Below are positions 44,863 through 53,406 of a DNA stretch of 64,000 bases, piece after piece. This DNA is from an uncultured Chloroflexia bacterium (GTDB taxonomy: Bacteria; Chloroflexota; Chloroflexia; Thermomicrobiales; UBA6265). Made by a program: the position numbers and the translations under genes. The stretch lies in the NCBI GenBank assembly GCA_963762985.1, contig CAVXMK010000014.1, positions 282,625-346,624 of the forward strand, given 5' to 3'. Position 1 is the first letter of the stretch. Every line of letters begins with the position of its first letter. The notes beneath the pieces were generated by a model. It was not told the DNA's origin, did no database searches, and saw only the letters and a program-made list of their open reading frames with translations.

Positions 44863-46095
44863 GTGGAGACAACGCCATTAGCCAATCTCGTGCGCGTCGT
44901 CATGGATGGCGTCTATACGCGGCGCGGCCTTGGTCAGCGGTTCAGCTCTGCTGCGCTCGCTTCCGCGCTTGCCCTGACGGTGGAAGACATCGACGCCCGC
45001 CAGCGCGGCGGCAAGAAGCGTCGCCGAAAAAGGAAGAAGCGCGGCGGCAACAACGGCGGTGGGAACGACCGCTGCCCATTCGAGCGCTGCGGAGGGCAAT
45101 GTCTCGACCTCGACAACGACCCAACCAACTGCGGAGCGTGCGGGCGCGCATGCGACATGGACGCCGTCTGCGTCGCCGGCTTCTGCGCGGTCGCCGCTGG
45201 CAGCCGCGGCAGCGGCGGCAAGCAATTCGATGGGCCGTTCGGCGCCGGCGTCACAAGCGACGGTCTCGTCCTCGTTGCGGACTCGAACAACCGGCGCATT
45301 CAGATCACCGGCGGCGGCAGCTTCTTCGGTTCGTTTGGCGAGTCCGGCGAAGGCGACGGGCAGTTTCTGGACCCGGCGGGCGTGGCGGTCGGCCCGGGGA
45401 CGGAAATCTACGTGACCGACATTGCGCGCCACGACATTCAGCGTTTCGGCTCCGGTCAACGATTCGATGTCGGGACGGGCGGGTTCGGCTCCGAACTGGG
45501 CCAATTCAACACCCCGACAGGCGTCGCCGTCGACCAAGCCACCGGCGAGGTGTGGGTCGCCGACAGAAACAACCACAGCCTTCAGGTGCTCAGCGCCGAC
45601 CTCGTCGCGCGCCGGCGGATCGGTCGTCTCGGGAGCGGCGACGGCGAGTTCAACGAGCCGTTCGGGGTCGCATTCGACGACGTCAACGGTCACGTCGTCG
45701 TGGCCGACAGCGCGAACAACCGCATCCAGATCCTCGACCGGGAGGGGCGCTTCGTCCGCGCGTTCGGCCGCCAGGGGACCGGGAACGGCGAGTTCGACAT
45801 CCCGGTGGCGCTCGCGCTCGACACGGCCGGGGACATCTTCGTGGTGGACCTCTTGAATGACCGGGTCCAACAGTTTTCCCCCGAGGGAACGTTTCGCAAG
45901 GCGTTCGGCCGAACCGGGAGCGGAATCGGCGAGTTCAGCCTGCCGGTCGGCATCGCCATCAGCTCGCGGGACGTCATCACCGTCGTCGATCAAGGCAACG
46001 ACCGCATCCAGGTCTTCGTCCCGGCGGGGTCGGACTTCGAAGCCCAGTCTCGCGCGAAGCGTCGGTGCCAAGGGCGCCAAGGAGTTGAGAGATGA
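44863..46095 (+). CDS. Secreted NHL-repeat beta-propeller protein 2
   Basis: GTG at 44863 lies 5 nt after AGGAGG. VETTPLANLVRVVMDGVYTRRGLGQRF.., then IDA|RQRGGKKRRRKRKKRGGNNGGGN, then CLDLDNDPTNCGACGRAC, then six NHL blades. Confidence 0.85.
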   Translation: METTPLANLVRVVMDGVYTRRGLGQRFSSAALASALALTVEDIDARQRGGKKRRRKRKKRGGNNGGGNDRCPFERCGGQCLDLDNDPTNCGACGRACDMDAVCVAGFCAVAAGSRGSGGKQFDGPFGAGVTSDGLVLVADSNNRRIQITGGGSFFGSFGESGEGDGQFLDPAGVAVGPGTEIYVTDIARHDIQRFGSGQRFDVGTGGFGSELGQFNTPTGVAVDQATGEVWVADRNNHSLQVLSADLVARRRIGRLGSGDGEFNEPFGVAFDDVNGHVVVADSANNRIQILDREGRFVRAFGRQGTGNGEFDIPVALALDTAGDIFVVDLLNDRVQQFSPEGTFRKAFGRTGSGIGEFSLPVGIAISSRDVITVVDQGNDRIQVFVPAGSDFEAQSRAKRRCQGRQGVER

Positions 46096-47345
46096 GACAT
46101 GCACGGTTCGATTCGCTGGTCCGTGAGTTGGCGGCTGGTTCGCTCACGCGCCGCGGCGTCGCTCAGGGGTTCGGCGGAGCGGTGTTGGCCTCCACACTTG
46201 CCCTGACTGGCTTGGCCGAGACCGAGGCCAAGCGGCGTCGTGGGAAGAAGCGTCGCAAAAAGAGAGGCAGCACGCGCCGCGGCGGCAACGACCGTTGTCA
46301 GTTCACTCGCTGCGACGGGCGGTGCGTCAACTTCGAAACCGACCCGGACAACTGCGGCGCCTGCGGCGACGCCTGCCCGGACGATCTGCCGTGCGTCGCC
46401 GGCCTCTGCGTGCTCGCGCTCGGCGGTCCCGACGATGATTTCGCCGGCCTCGGTAGCCCGGGCGGCGTCGCCGTGAACGCCGATGGGGTCGGCGTGGTCG
46501 CGGACAGAACCAACGAGCGCATCTTGCGCTTCCAGCGCGGCGAGCGGATCGAGTTCCTCGGCTCGTTCGGCGAGCGCGGCGAGGAAGACGGCCAGTTCCT
46601 GGAGCCGTCCGGCGTGGCGATCGACGGCGACGCCATCTTCGTGACCGACGCCGACCGGCACCGCATCCAGCGCTTCGACCTCCAGGGGAATTTTGAAGCA
46701 GCGGGCGGGAGCTTTGGCTCCGGGCTCGGGCAATTCGATTCCCCGCAGGGCATCGCCATCGATCCCCCGACCGGTGAGCTGTTCGTGGTCGATACGTTCA
46801 ACCACAGCGTGCAGCGGCTCGCCGCCGACTTCTCGCCGCTGAGCCGGATCGGACGCGAGGGCAACGGGAACGGCGAGTTCAGCTTTCCGTCCGGGATCGC
46901 CATCGACGGCGACGGCGACCTGGTCGTGGCCGATGTCCTCAACCACCGCATCCAGGTGCTCGACCGCGACGGGAACTTCATTCGCGCCTTCGGCCGCCGA
47001 GGGGACGGCGCCGGCGAGTTCAACGAGCCGCTCTCCGTGGCGGTCGACGCGGCCGGCGACATCTTCGTCGTCGATAACCAGAACCGCGGCATCCAGCGCT
47101 TCACCGGCGACGGGCAGTTCGTCAAGACGTTCGGCCGCCAGGGAACGGGGGTGGGTGAGTTCGAGTTTCCGTTCGGCATCGCCGTCGATTCCCTGGGGAT
47201 CATCACCGTCACCGATGTGGGAAGCCACCCCCTCCAATTGTTCTTCCCGGCGAACGTCTTCGCGGCGGGAGAAGGGATCGCAACCGCGAAAGATGAACTG
47301 CTCGGGGACCGTCCCGCGAGGAAGCAACGAAGGAGGACATCGTGA
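46092..47345 (+). CDS. Secreted NHL-repeat beta-propeller protein 3
   Basis: ATGA start/stop overlap with the previous gene. MRHARFDSLVRELAAGSLTRRGVAQGF.., then TEA|KRRRGKKRRKKRGSTRRGGN, then CVNFETDPDNCGACGDAC, then six NHL blades. Confidence 0.9.
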   Translation: MRHARFDSLVRELAAGSLTRRGVAQGFGGAVLASTLALTGLAETEAKRRRGKKRRKKRGSTRRGGNDRCQFTRCDGRCVNFETDPDNCGACGDACPDDLPCVAGLCVLALGGPDDDFAGLGSPGGVAVNADGVGVVADRTNERILRFQRGERIEFLGSFGERGEEDGQFLEPSGVAIDGDAIFVTDADRHRIQRFDLQGNFEAAGGSFGSGLGQFDSPQGIAIDPPTGELFVVDTFNHSVQRLAADFSPLSRIGREGNGNGEFSFPSGIAIDGDGDLVVADVLNHRIQVLDRDGNFIRAFGRRGDGAGEFNEPLSVAVDAAGDIFVVDNQNRGIQRFTGDGQFVKTFGRQGTGVGEFEFPFGIAVDSLGIITVTDVGSHPLQLFFPANVFAAGEGIATAKDELLGDRPARKQRRRTS

Positions 47346-47914
47346 ACGCATCCCATTTCGGCGATTTTGCTCGGGTGCTGACGGACGGCGCGATCACGCG
47401 GCGGGCGGTCATGCGGGGCATGGCCGGGGCGCTTGGCGCGGCTGGGCTATCGCATGCGGGATTGACCAGTCTCCAAGCCAAAAAGGGTAAGCGGCGCAAG
47501 CAACCATCGCCGGTGAACCGGTTCGGCTGCCGCAACGTCGGTGTCGCGTGCTCGAGCGCCAATCAGTGCTGCTCCGGCATCTGCGAGGGCGGGCGCGGTA
47601 AGGACAAGAACGGCAAGAAGCGGAGAAGGACGTGCCGGGCGCACGACACGGGGGGCTGCAAGGTTTCCCAGGATTCCTGCTCGACGAGCACGAACTTCAC
47701 CTGCACCACGATCACCGGTGAGGCAGGATTCTGCCACCTGACCACCGGCAACGCCCCCTACTGTGCGTTCGATGGGATTGATTCGGAGTGCACGAGGGAC
47801 GAGGACTGCATTGACCTTTGCGGCCCCCAGGCGGCCTGCAGCGTCTGCGCCGAGCCGGGGTTGGCGGCGTTCCGCTTCTGCGCCGGTCCCAGCAGATGCG
47901 AAGGTTTTGCATGA
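47342..47914 (+). CDS. Secreted knottin-like Cys-rich protein with the same leader and polybasic tail
   Basis: GTGA overlap with the previous gene, with GGAGG upstream. VNASHFGDFARVLTDGAITRRAVMRGMAGALGAAGLS, then LQA|KKGKRRKQPS. Pattern C-x6-C-x5-CC-x3-C-x16-C with basic loop RGKDKNGKKRRRT, then a second Cys-rich half. Confidence 0.8.
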   Translation: MNASHFGDFARVLTDGAITRRAVMRGMAGALGAAGLSHAGLTSLQAKKGKRRKQPSPVNRFGCRNVGVACSSANQCCSGICEGGRGKDKNGKKRRRTCRAHDTGGCKVSQDSCSTSTNFTCTTITGEAGFCHLTTGNAPYCAFDGIDSECTRDEDCIDLCGPQAACSVCAEPGLAAFRFCAGPSRCEGFA

Positions 47915-47999
47915 CAGCAGCGCACACGGTCGGGGCGCGGCAAGCCGCGCCCCGACCACGGACACAGGCTCCGAAAAGAGCGAGAGGAGGTTTTCCATC

Positions 48000-48875
48000 A
48001 TGGTGACGTTGCACTCTGCACACGCAAAGGCGGGGCTGGACATGACAAGCGGCACCGTAAAGCGCGTCGCATTACCGAGCGGCCTGACGCTCCCCTACGT
48101 CGAGCAGGGCGACTCCAATGGTCTGCCCGTGGTGCTGCTGCACGGCTTCTCCGACTCCTGGTGGTCCTGGGCGTCCGTCCTGCCGCATCTGCCCGGATCG
48201 ATCCATACCTACGCCCCCTCGCAACGGGGACACGGCGACGCGGATCGACCCGCAATGGGCTACCGCTTCGAGGACTTCGCCGCCGATTTGACCGCGTTCA
48301 TGGACACCCTCGATATCGAGCGCGCCGTCATCGGTGGCCATTCGATGGGCAGCTACGTCGCTCAACGGTTCGCCATGGAACATCCTGAGCGCGTCCTGGG
48401 GCTGGTGCTCGTCGGTTCGGCCACGACCTGGCGGGGCAACCCGGCCATCACGGAGGTCTGGGAGTCCGGCATCGCGACGATGACGGACCCGATCGATCCG
48501 CAATTCGTGACCGAGTTTCAGACCAGCCCGCGGACGCCCCGGACATTCCTTGGCATCGCCATCCGGGAGAGCCTCAAAGCCCCGGCCCGCGTCTGGCGAG
48601 AGGCCTGGCAAGCCATCATGACCACCGATTTTTCGGCCGACCTGGGCAAGATCGCGGCCCCCACGCTCATCATCTGGGGCGACGAGGACCCCCTTTGCCC
48701 TCGCCCCGAGCAAGAGGCCCTGACCGCCGCGATTGCGTCTTCCCGCCTCATCGTCTACCCCGGCGGCGGCCACAACCTGCATTGGGAGGAACCTGAGCGC
48801 TTCGCCGACGACCTCCTGACGTTCGTCAACCAACTAGACTTCCGCATCCCCACGATGCCATCGCAGGAAGGATGA
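48000..48875 (+). CDS. Alpha/beta hydrolase, copy 1
   Basis: GAGAGGAGG upstream of ATG 48000. HGFSDSWWSW, nucleophile elbow GHSMGS, C-terminal GGGHNLHWEEPERF. Confidence 0.85.
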   Translation: MVTLHSAHAKAGLDMTSGTVKRVALPSGLTLPYVEQGDSNGLPVVLLHGFSDSWWSWASVLPHLPGSIHTYAPSQRGHGDADRPAMGYRFEDFAADLTAFMDTLDIERAVIGGHSMGSYVAQRFAMEHPERVLGLVLVGSATTWRGNPAITEVWESGIATMTDPIDPQFVTEFQTSPRTPRTFLGIAIRESLKAPARVWREAWQAIMTTDFSADLGKIAAPTLIIWGDEDPLCPRPEQEALTAAIASSRLIVYPGGGHNLHWEEPERFADDLLTFVNQLDFRIPTMPSQEG

Positions 48876-48878
48876 ACG

Positions 48879-49697
48879 ATGCCGACCGCTCCATCACCCG
48901 CAATCCACTCGACCGCGCTGACCACCGGCGTCCGTCTGCCATACGTCGAGCAGGGCGATCCGGCCGGCGTACCCGTGCTCCTCCTGCACGGCTACACCGA
49001 CTCCTGGCGATCCTGGAAGCCGGTGCTCCCCTACCTCCCCGCCACCATCCACGCCTTTGTCCCGACGCAACGGGGCCACGGCGACGCCGACCGCCCCGCA
49101 ACGGGCTACGGCCCGCGCGACTTCGCTGCGGACGCGGCAGCGTTCATGGACGCCGTCGGCATCGGACCGGCCGTCGTCGTCGGCACGTCGATGGGCAGCA
49201 TCGTCGCGCAGCGGTTTGCGCTCGACTACCCGGCGCGCACCAAGGGACTGGTGCTCGTGGCCGCGGCCACCACGTGGCGCACCCCGGCGGCGTTGGAGCT
49301 CTGGGACGTCGTCGCGACCCTCGAAGACCCGATCGATCCGGGCTTCGTGCGCGAATTTCAGGAGAGCACCCTCGCCCAGCCGGTGGCGCCAGCGTTCATC
49401 GACACCGTGGTCGCGGAGAGCCTGAAGGTTCCCGCGCGAGTGTGGCGCGCGGCGCTGCGCGAGGGCCACCTGGAGGCCAATCTCGCGACCGAACTCGGCG
49501 CGATCCAGGCGCCCACCTTGATCGTCTCTGGCGATCGGGACGCGATCCATCTCCGGAGCGAGCAGGCGTCCCTGGTACGAGCGATCCCCGACGCGCGCCT
49601 CGTCGTGTACCCCAACGCCGGTCACGCCATCCACTGGGAAGAGCCCACCCGCTTCGCCGCCGACCTGCTGGCCTTCACCGAGCGCCACGCCGCTTGA
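48879..49697 (+). CDS. Alpha/beta hydrolase, copy 2 (tandem paralog)
   Basis: Collinear with copy 1 (LPYVEQGD..LLHGYTDSWRSW, GTSMGS, AGHAIHWEEPTRF) with a 3-nt gap between them. Confidence 0.85.
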   Translation: MPTAPSPAIHSTALTTGVRLPYVEQGDPAGVPVLLLHGYTDSWRSWKPVLPYLPATIHAFVPTQRGHGDADRPATGYGPRDFAADAAAFMDAVGIGPAVVVGTSMGSIVAQRFALDYPARTKGLVLVAAATTWRTPAALELWDVVATLEDPIDPGFVREFQESTLAQPVAPAFIDTVVAESLKVPARVWRAALREGHLEANLATELGAIQAPTLIVSGDRDAIHLRSEQASLVRAIPDARLVVYPNAGHAIHWEEPTRFAADLLAFTERHAA

Positions 49698-49698
49698 A

Positions 49699-49806
49699 GC
49701 TATGGGCTATGGGCTATGGGCTATCGGCTCTTGGTTGGTGGCGTCCGCTCGCTCTTGCCGTCTTGCCGCCATTGACTCATAGCTCATAGCTCATAGCCCA
49801 AAGCCG
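49699..49806. repeat. Opposed 7-nt arrays (GCTATGG x3-4 ... AGCTCAT x3) filling the gap between two convergent stop codons
   Basis: The left array starts 2 nt after the TGA at 49695-49697. The right array ends 1 nt before the TAA (reverse complement) at 49807-49809. The spacer carries TTGCCGTCTTGCCGCC, the reverse complement of the 8-mer at 1700-1717. Confidence 0.8.
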
Positions 49807-50628
49807 TTACCCCAGCGCGACGTCCAGCGTCATCATCACCGCGAACCCAAAGAGCAGCGCCACGGTCGCCAGGTCGGCGTGGCCGCCGGCCTGCGACTCG
49901 GGGATCAACTCCTCTACCACGACGAAGATCATGGCGCCCGCGGCAAAGGCGAGGGCGTAAGGTAGGATCGGCGTGGCGACGGTCACCGCCGCTACACCGA
50001 GCAACGCCGCCGGTGGCTCGACCGCGGCCGAGAGCTGCCCCCAGAAAAACGCGCGGCCACGCGGCATCCCCACCCGCCGCAGGGGAAAGGAGACCGCGGC
50101 CCCCTCCGGGAAATTCTGCAAGCCGATACCGATGGCCAGCGCGACCGCCGCCGCGACGGTCGCCTCTGGATACCCCATGGCCGCGCTGCCAAACGCGACC
50201 CCGACCGCCAGCCCTTCCGGGAAGTTGTGCAATGTGATGGCCGACACCAGCAGCACGCTGCGCCGCCAGGTCGTCGGTAGCCCCTCTGCCTCGGCCAGCG
50301 GCTGCCGCGGGTGCAGGTGGGGCAGGATGCTGTCCACCAGCCGCATGAACAACCCCCCGGCGAGGAACCCGACCACCGCCGGCATCCACGGCGCGCCGCT
50401 CCCCCGCTCCTCGCTCAGGGCGATAGCCGGCGCCAGCAGCGAGAAGTACGACGCGGCGATCATCACCCCCGCCGCGGCCCCGAGCATGGCATCGAAGACG
50501 CGGCGGTCGATGGTACGCGTGAAGAAGACGAGTCCCGCCCCGGCCGCCGTCAGCCCCCAGGTGAAGAGGGTGGCCAGCAGCGCCTGCCACAGCGGATCGA
50601 GCGCCAGGAACCAGTCGTATATCGGCAT
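49807..50628 (-). CDS. ZIP-family divalent metal transporter (ZupT-like)
   Basis: [14 protein letters not shown] and [11 protein letters not shown] motifs with 8 TM segments. Confidence 0.85.
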   Translation of the reverse strand: MPIYDWFLALDPLWQALLATLFTWGLTAAGAGLVFFTRTIDRRVFDAMLGAAAGVMIAASYFSLLAPAIALSEERGSGAPWMPAVVGFLAGGLFMRLVDSILPHLHPRQPLAEAEGLPTTWRRSVLLVSAITLHNFPEGLAVGVAFGSAAMGYPEATVAAAVALAIGIGLQNFPEGAAVSFPLRRVGMPRGRAFFWGQLSAAVEPPAALLGVAAVTVATPILPYALAFAAGAMIFVVVEELIPESQAGGHADLATVALLFGFAVMMTLDVALG

Positions 50629-50666
50629 CGCTCACCGCGGCGCAAGAAGTTGGCCAACCCCGCGAA

Positions 50667-51676
50667 TCAATCGACCTCTTCGGCGATCACCATCACCACT
50701 TCGCCCTGCTCGGTCGCGGCGCGGAACTTGCGGCACATGACATACCCATCGCTATCGGCGACGATCTCGACCGGTGGTTCATCAATGCGCTCGAAGTCGT
50801 GGATGCGCGTCACCGGCTGGCCCGCGCGCACGAACTCCCCGACCGGCGCCAGTGGTTCGCTGATGCCACTCACCGGGGCGGTCACGTAGCGGTCGATGTC
50901 AGTTGCGGACAGCACCCGCTGCCGATCGAGACCCGGCGCCGTCAAATCTTCGAGCGGTTCGTCGAGCAGCCCGAAGCGGCGCATCGCGTTGCGCACCCCG
51001 CCGCTGGCCCAGCGCACCCCCTTGAGATCGGTCGAGGCCCCGTAGCCCAGTTCGCTGCCGATGGTGATCTTGCCCAACGCCTCGGCTTCCTCGGTCAGCA
51101 GCCCGGTGCCCATCCCGCTCGTGTAGATCATGACGAAGGGCGTGCCGAACAGCAGCGCCGTCTCCCGGAACTCGGCGTAACGCGCCGGGTCGTCCACCTG
51201 GTGAAACGACATGCAGCGGACGATCTCGAAACCGGCCCCACCGAATGGAGGTCGATGACCACGTCGGCGCGGGTCAGCACCTCGTCGGTGACGAAACGCG
51301 CGATACGCTCCGTGATCGTGCCGGCTGAATCACCGGGAAACGCACGGTTCATGTTGCCGCCGTCCAGCGGCGACGCCCGCCGCGCGGCACGAAACGCCGG
51401 CACATTGAGCACCGGAATGACGATGAGCCGCCCTGCGGCGAGTCGTTCCGGGTTCAGCCCCTGGACGAGGTTCTTCAACCCCACCGGCCCTTCGTACTCG
51501 TCCCCATGCGTCCCCCCGATGGCCACGATCGTCGCCCCTGGCTGCTTCGCGCAGGCGACGTAAAGCGGCACGCGCACGCGCCCCCATGTACCATCGAGCG
51601 TAAACGGAACGTGATACCAGCGGGCGCCGGGGGCATCCCAATCTACGTCGCGGATGGGGGTGATGTCGGGGATCAT
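50667..51676 (-). pseudogene. Succinylglutamate desuccinylase/aspartoacylase (AstE/AspA) family deacylase with a 1-nt deletion
   Basis: GAAGGAG precedes ATG 51676. GGTHGDEYEG and NRAFPG motifs. After VVIDLHS the frame breaks near 51240-51247. Shifting by one nt restores HSGGAGFEIVRCMSFHQVDDP and runs into ORF 50667..51212. Confidence 0.75.
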
Positions 51677-51891
51677 TGGGTGCTCCTTCTCACGCTCACA
51701 TTGCCCACGCGTCGCGCTCCAGCCCCGTTCACGGGGCTTCCGTTGAGGCAGCCTGATTCCTTTAGGGTCAGGCGGCGGGGCAGCGGCGGTCGCGAATGGC
51801 AACCATGACCGTCGCTGCCCCTGCGCCGGAGGCTAAAGCCATTCGGCTGACCCACACGGAAAGCCCCATAAACGGGGCTGGAGGCCGTTGC

Positions 51892-53311
51892 TCAGTGAGT
51901 CGTGCTCCTGACTTCACGCTCCAGCTCGCGCAACGTGGTAAGTGTCTCCCCCACCAGCCGCCCTGCAGCCTCAGGGGCAAACGGCGAGGTATCGACCTCG
52001 TACCCGCCCAGGGGATAGGCATCGGCAGTCGGGATATAGCCCGCCCAGCCGCCGGTGTACCCCCCGAACCATGTCGCGGGGAACGGCGACCCGGCTTTGA
52101 TCGCCATGCCGATCTCCGCGAACGGTTCGCCCTCCGTGCCGGCGAACACCGCCGGGCCAATCTGAAGCACATGGAGTTCGGCGGGAAACGACTCCTTGTC
52201 CCCGTAAGTTTCGGCACGCGAGAGCGCCATGTTGGCCCGCTTCGTGGCAAACGTGGCCGCCTCGATGTCGGCTGCGGCCGCCCCACGCTGCTTCAACTCA
52301 TCCAGATGCGCTTGCGCCTCCCGCACACGCGCCCGCGCCTCGTCCAGCGGTGGCTGGGCGATCAGCGGCAAAGCGATGTCCCGTGTCATGACCCGCACCA
52401 CGGGATCAGCTTCGGGCAGCTTCTCGCGCGTCCACTTCCCCAACGGCGCCCCCGACTCCCAGACCCGCTCGTGGCGATGCCGCACCGCGGGCAGCGCGAG
52501 CCCGAGGTAGACCCGAGCCGCCTCGCAGCCGACCTGCGTGCCAAGCCTCCGCACGACCTCGACGTCGTCGGTGAACCCATCGGGCCCGGGGCCGACGTTG
52601 CCGGTCGCGCCCTGGGCGAAGAGGCAGGTGGCCCCGGTCAGCGTCTCCACCGTCCGCTTTAGATACCCGGGCCAGTCCGGGCTGATCAGCCGGTTGGTGG
52701 GACCGAGCGTGGTCGGGTGCATGGTGTAGCCGACCACCGCGGCGAGTGGCCCGCCCTTCATATCATCGATGCGCAGGACGAACACCTCGGGATCGATGAC
52801 GCCCTCGGCATTGACCCCCGTCACCGGCCGTCCACCCGGCGCGATCTCCCGCCGGTTCACCGCCACCCGGCTCTCGCCCGACGCCACGCCAACCCGCGCC
52901 GGGCGCATCCCCTGCCGCGCCAACCGGGCCGCCCCCGCCGCGTACTCCGGCAGCAGCGCGTAGTACCCGTCCAACGCCTCCTGCCCCTGCCTCGTCCAGT
53001 TCCAGGCGCTGGGTGGCGGGCCAGCATGGTTGTGGGTCACGGAAACGCGAACGTTCCGCGGCGGGATATCGAGCGCCGCGGCGACCGCGGCCCGGATGGC
53101 GTCGCTCTCCGCGCCGCGAGACGATCACCACATCGAGATCGATCCACGCCGCGGCTGCTTCCCCGTCGCTGACGACCAGTGCCGTCGCCCAGAGATCGGC
53201 CTCGACGCCGTCCGGCAGGACGTGAACCTGCGCCCCCCAGCTCGCGTGCGGCGCGCTCAAAGGGGGTGTGATGATGACCCGGCCGACGCCGGCGTGAAAG
53301 ACATCTGTCAT
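51892..53311 (-). pseudogene. Neutral ceramidase-like hydrolase (N-terminal domain family) with a frame shift
   Basis: MTDVFHAGVGRVIITPPL..WIDLDVVIVS (ORF 52763..53362) must shift near 53106-53120. That gives ..AESDAIRAAVAAALDIPPRNVRVSVTHNHAGPPPS and joins ORF 51892..53040. Confidence 0.7.
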
Positions 53312-53355
53312 GTTGGGTTCTCCGTTGAGTTCTTGGAGTTCGTTTCTCCGTGAAA

Positions 53356-53404
53356 CCCTCACCCCAACCCTGTGCGCAGGGAGAGGGGGCCAGGGGGGTG
53401 AGGG
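53356..53404. repeat. Palindromic CCCTCACCCC ... GGGGGGTGAGGG element
   Basis: CCCTCACCCCAACCCTGTGCGCAGGGAGAGGGGGCCAGGGGGGTGAGGG, between two genes of the same operon. Confidence 0.65.
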
Positions 53405-53406
53405 AC

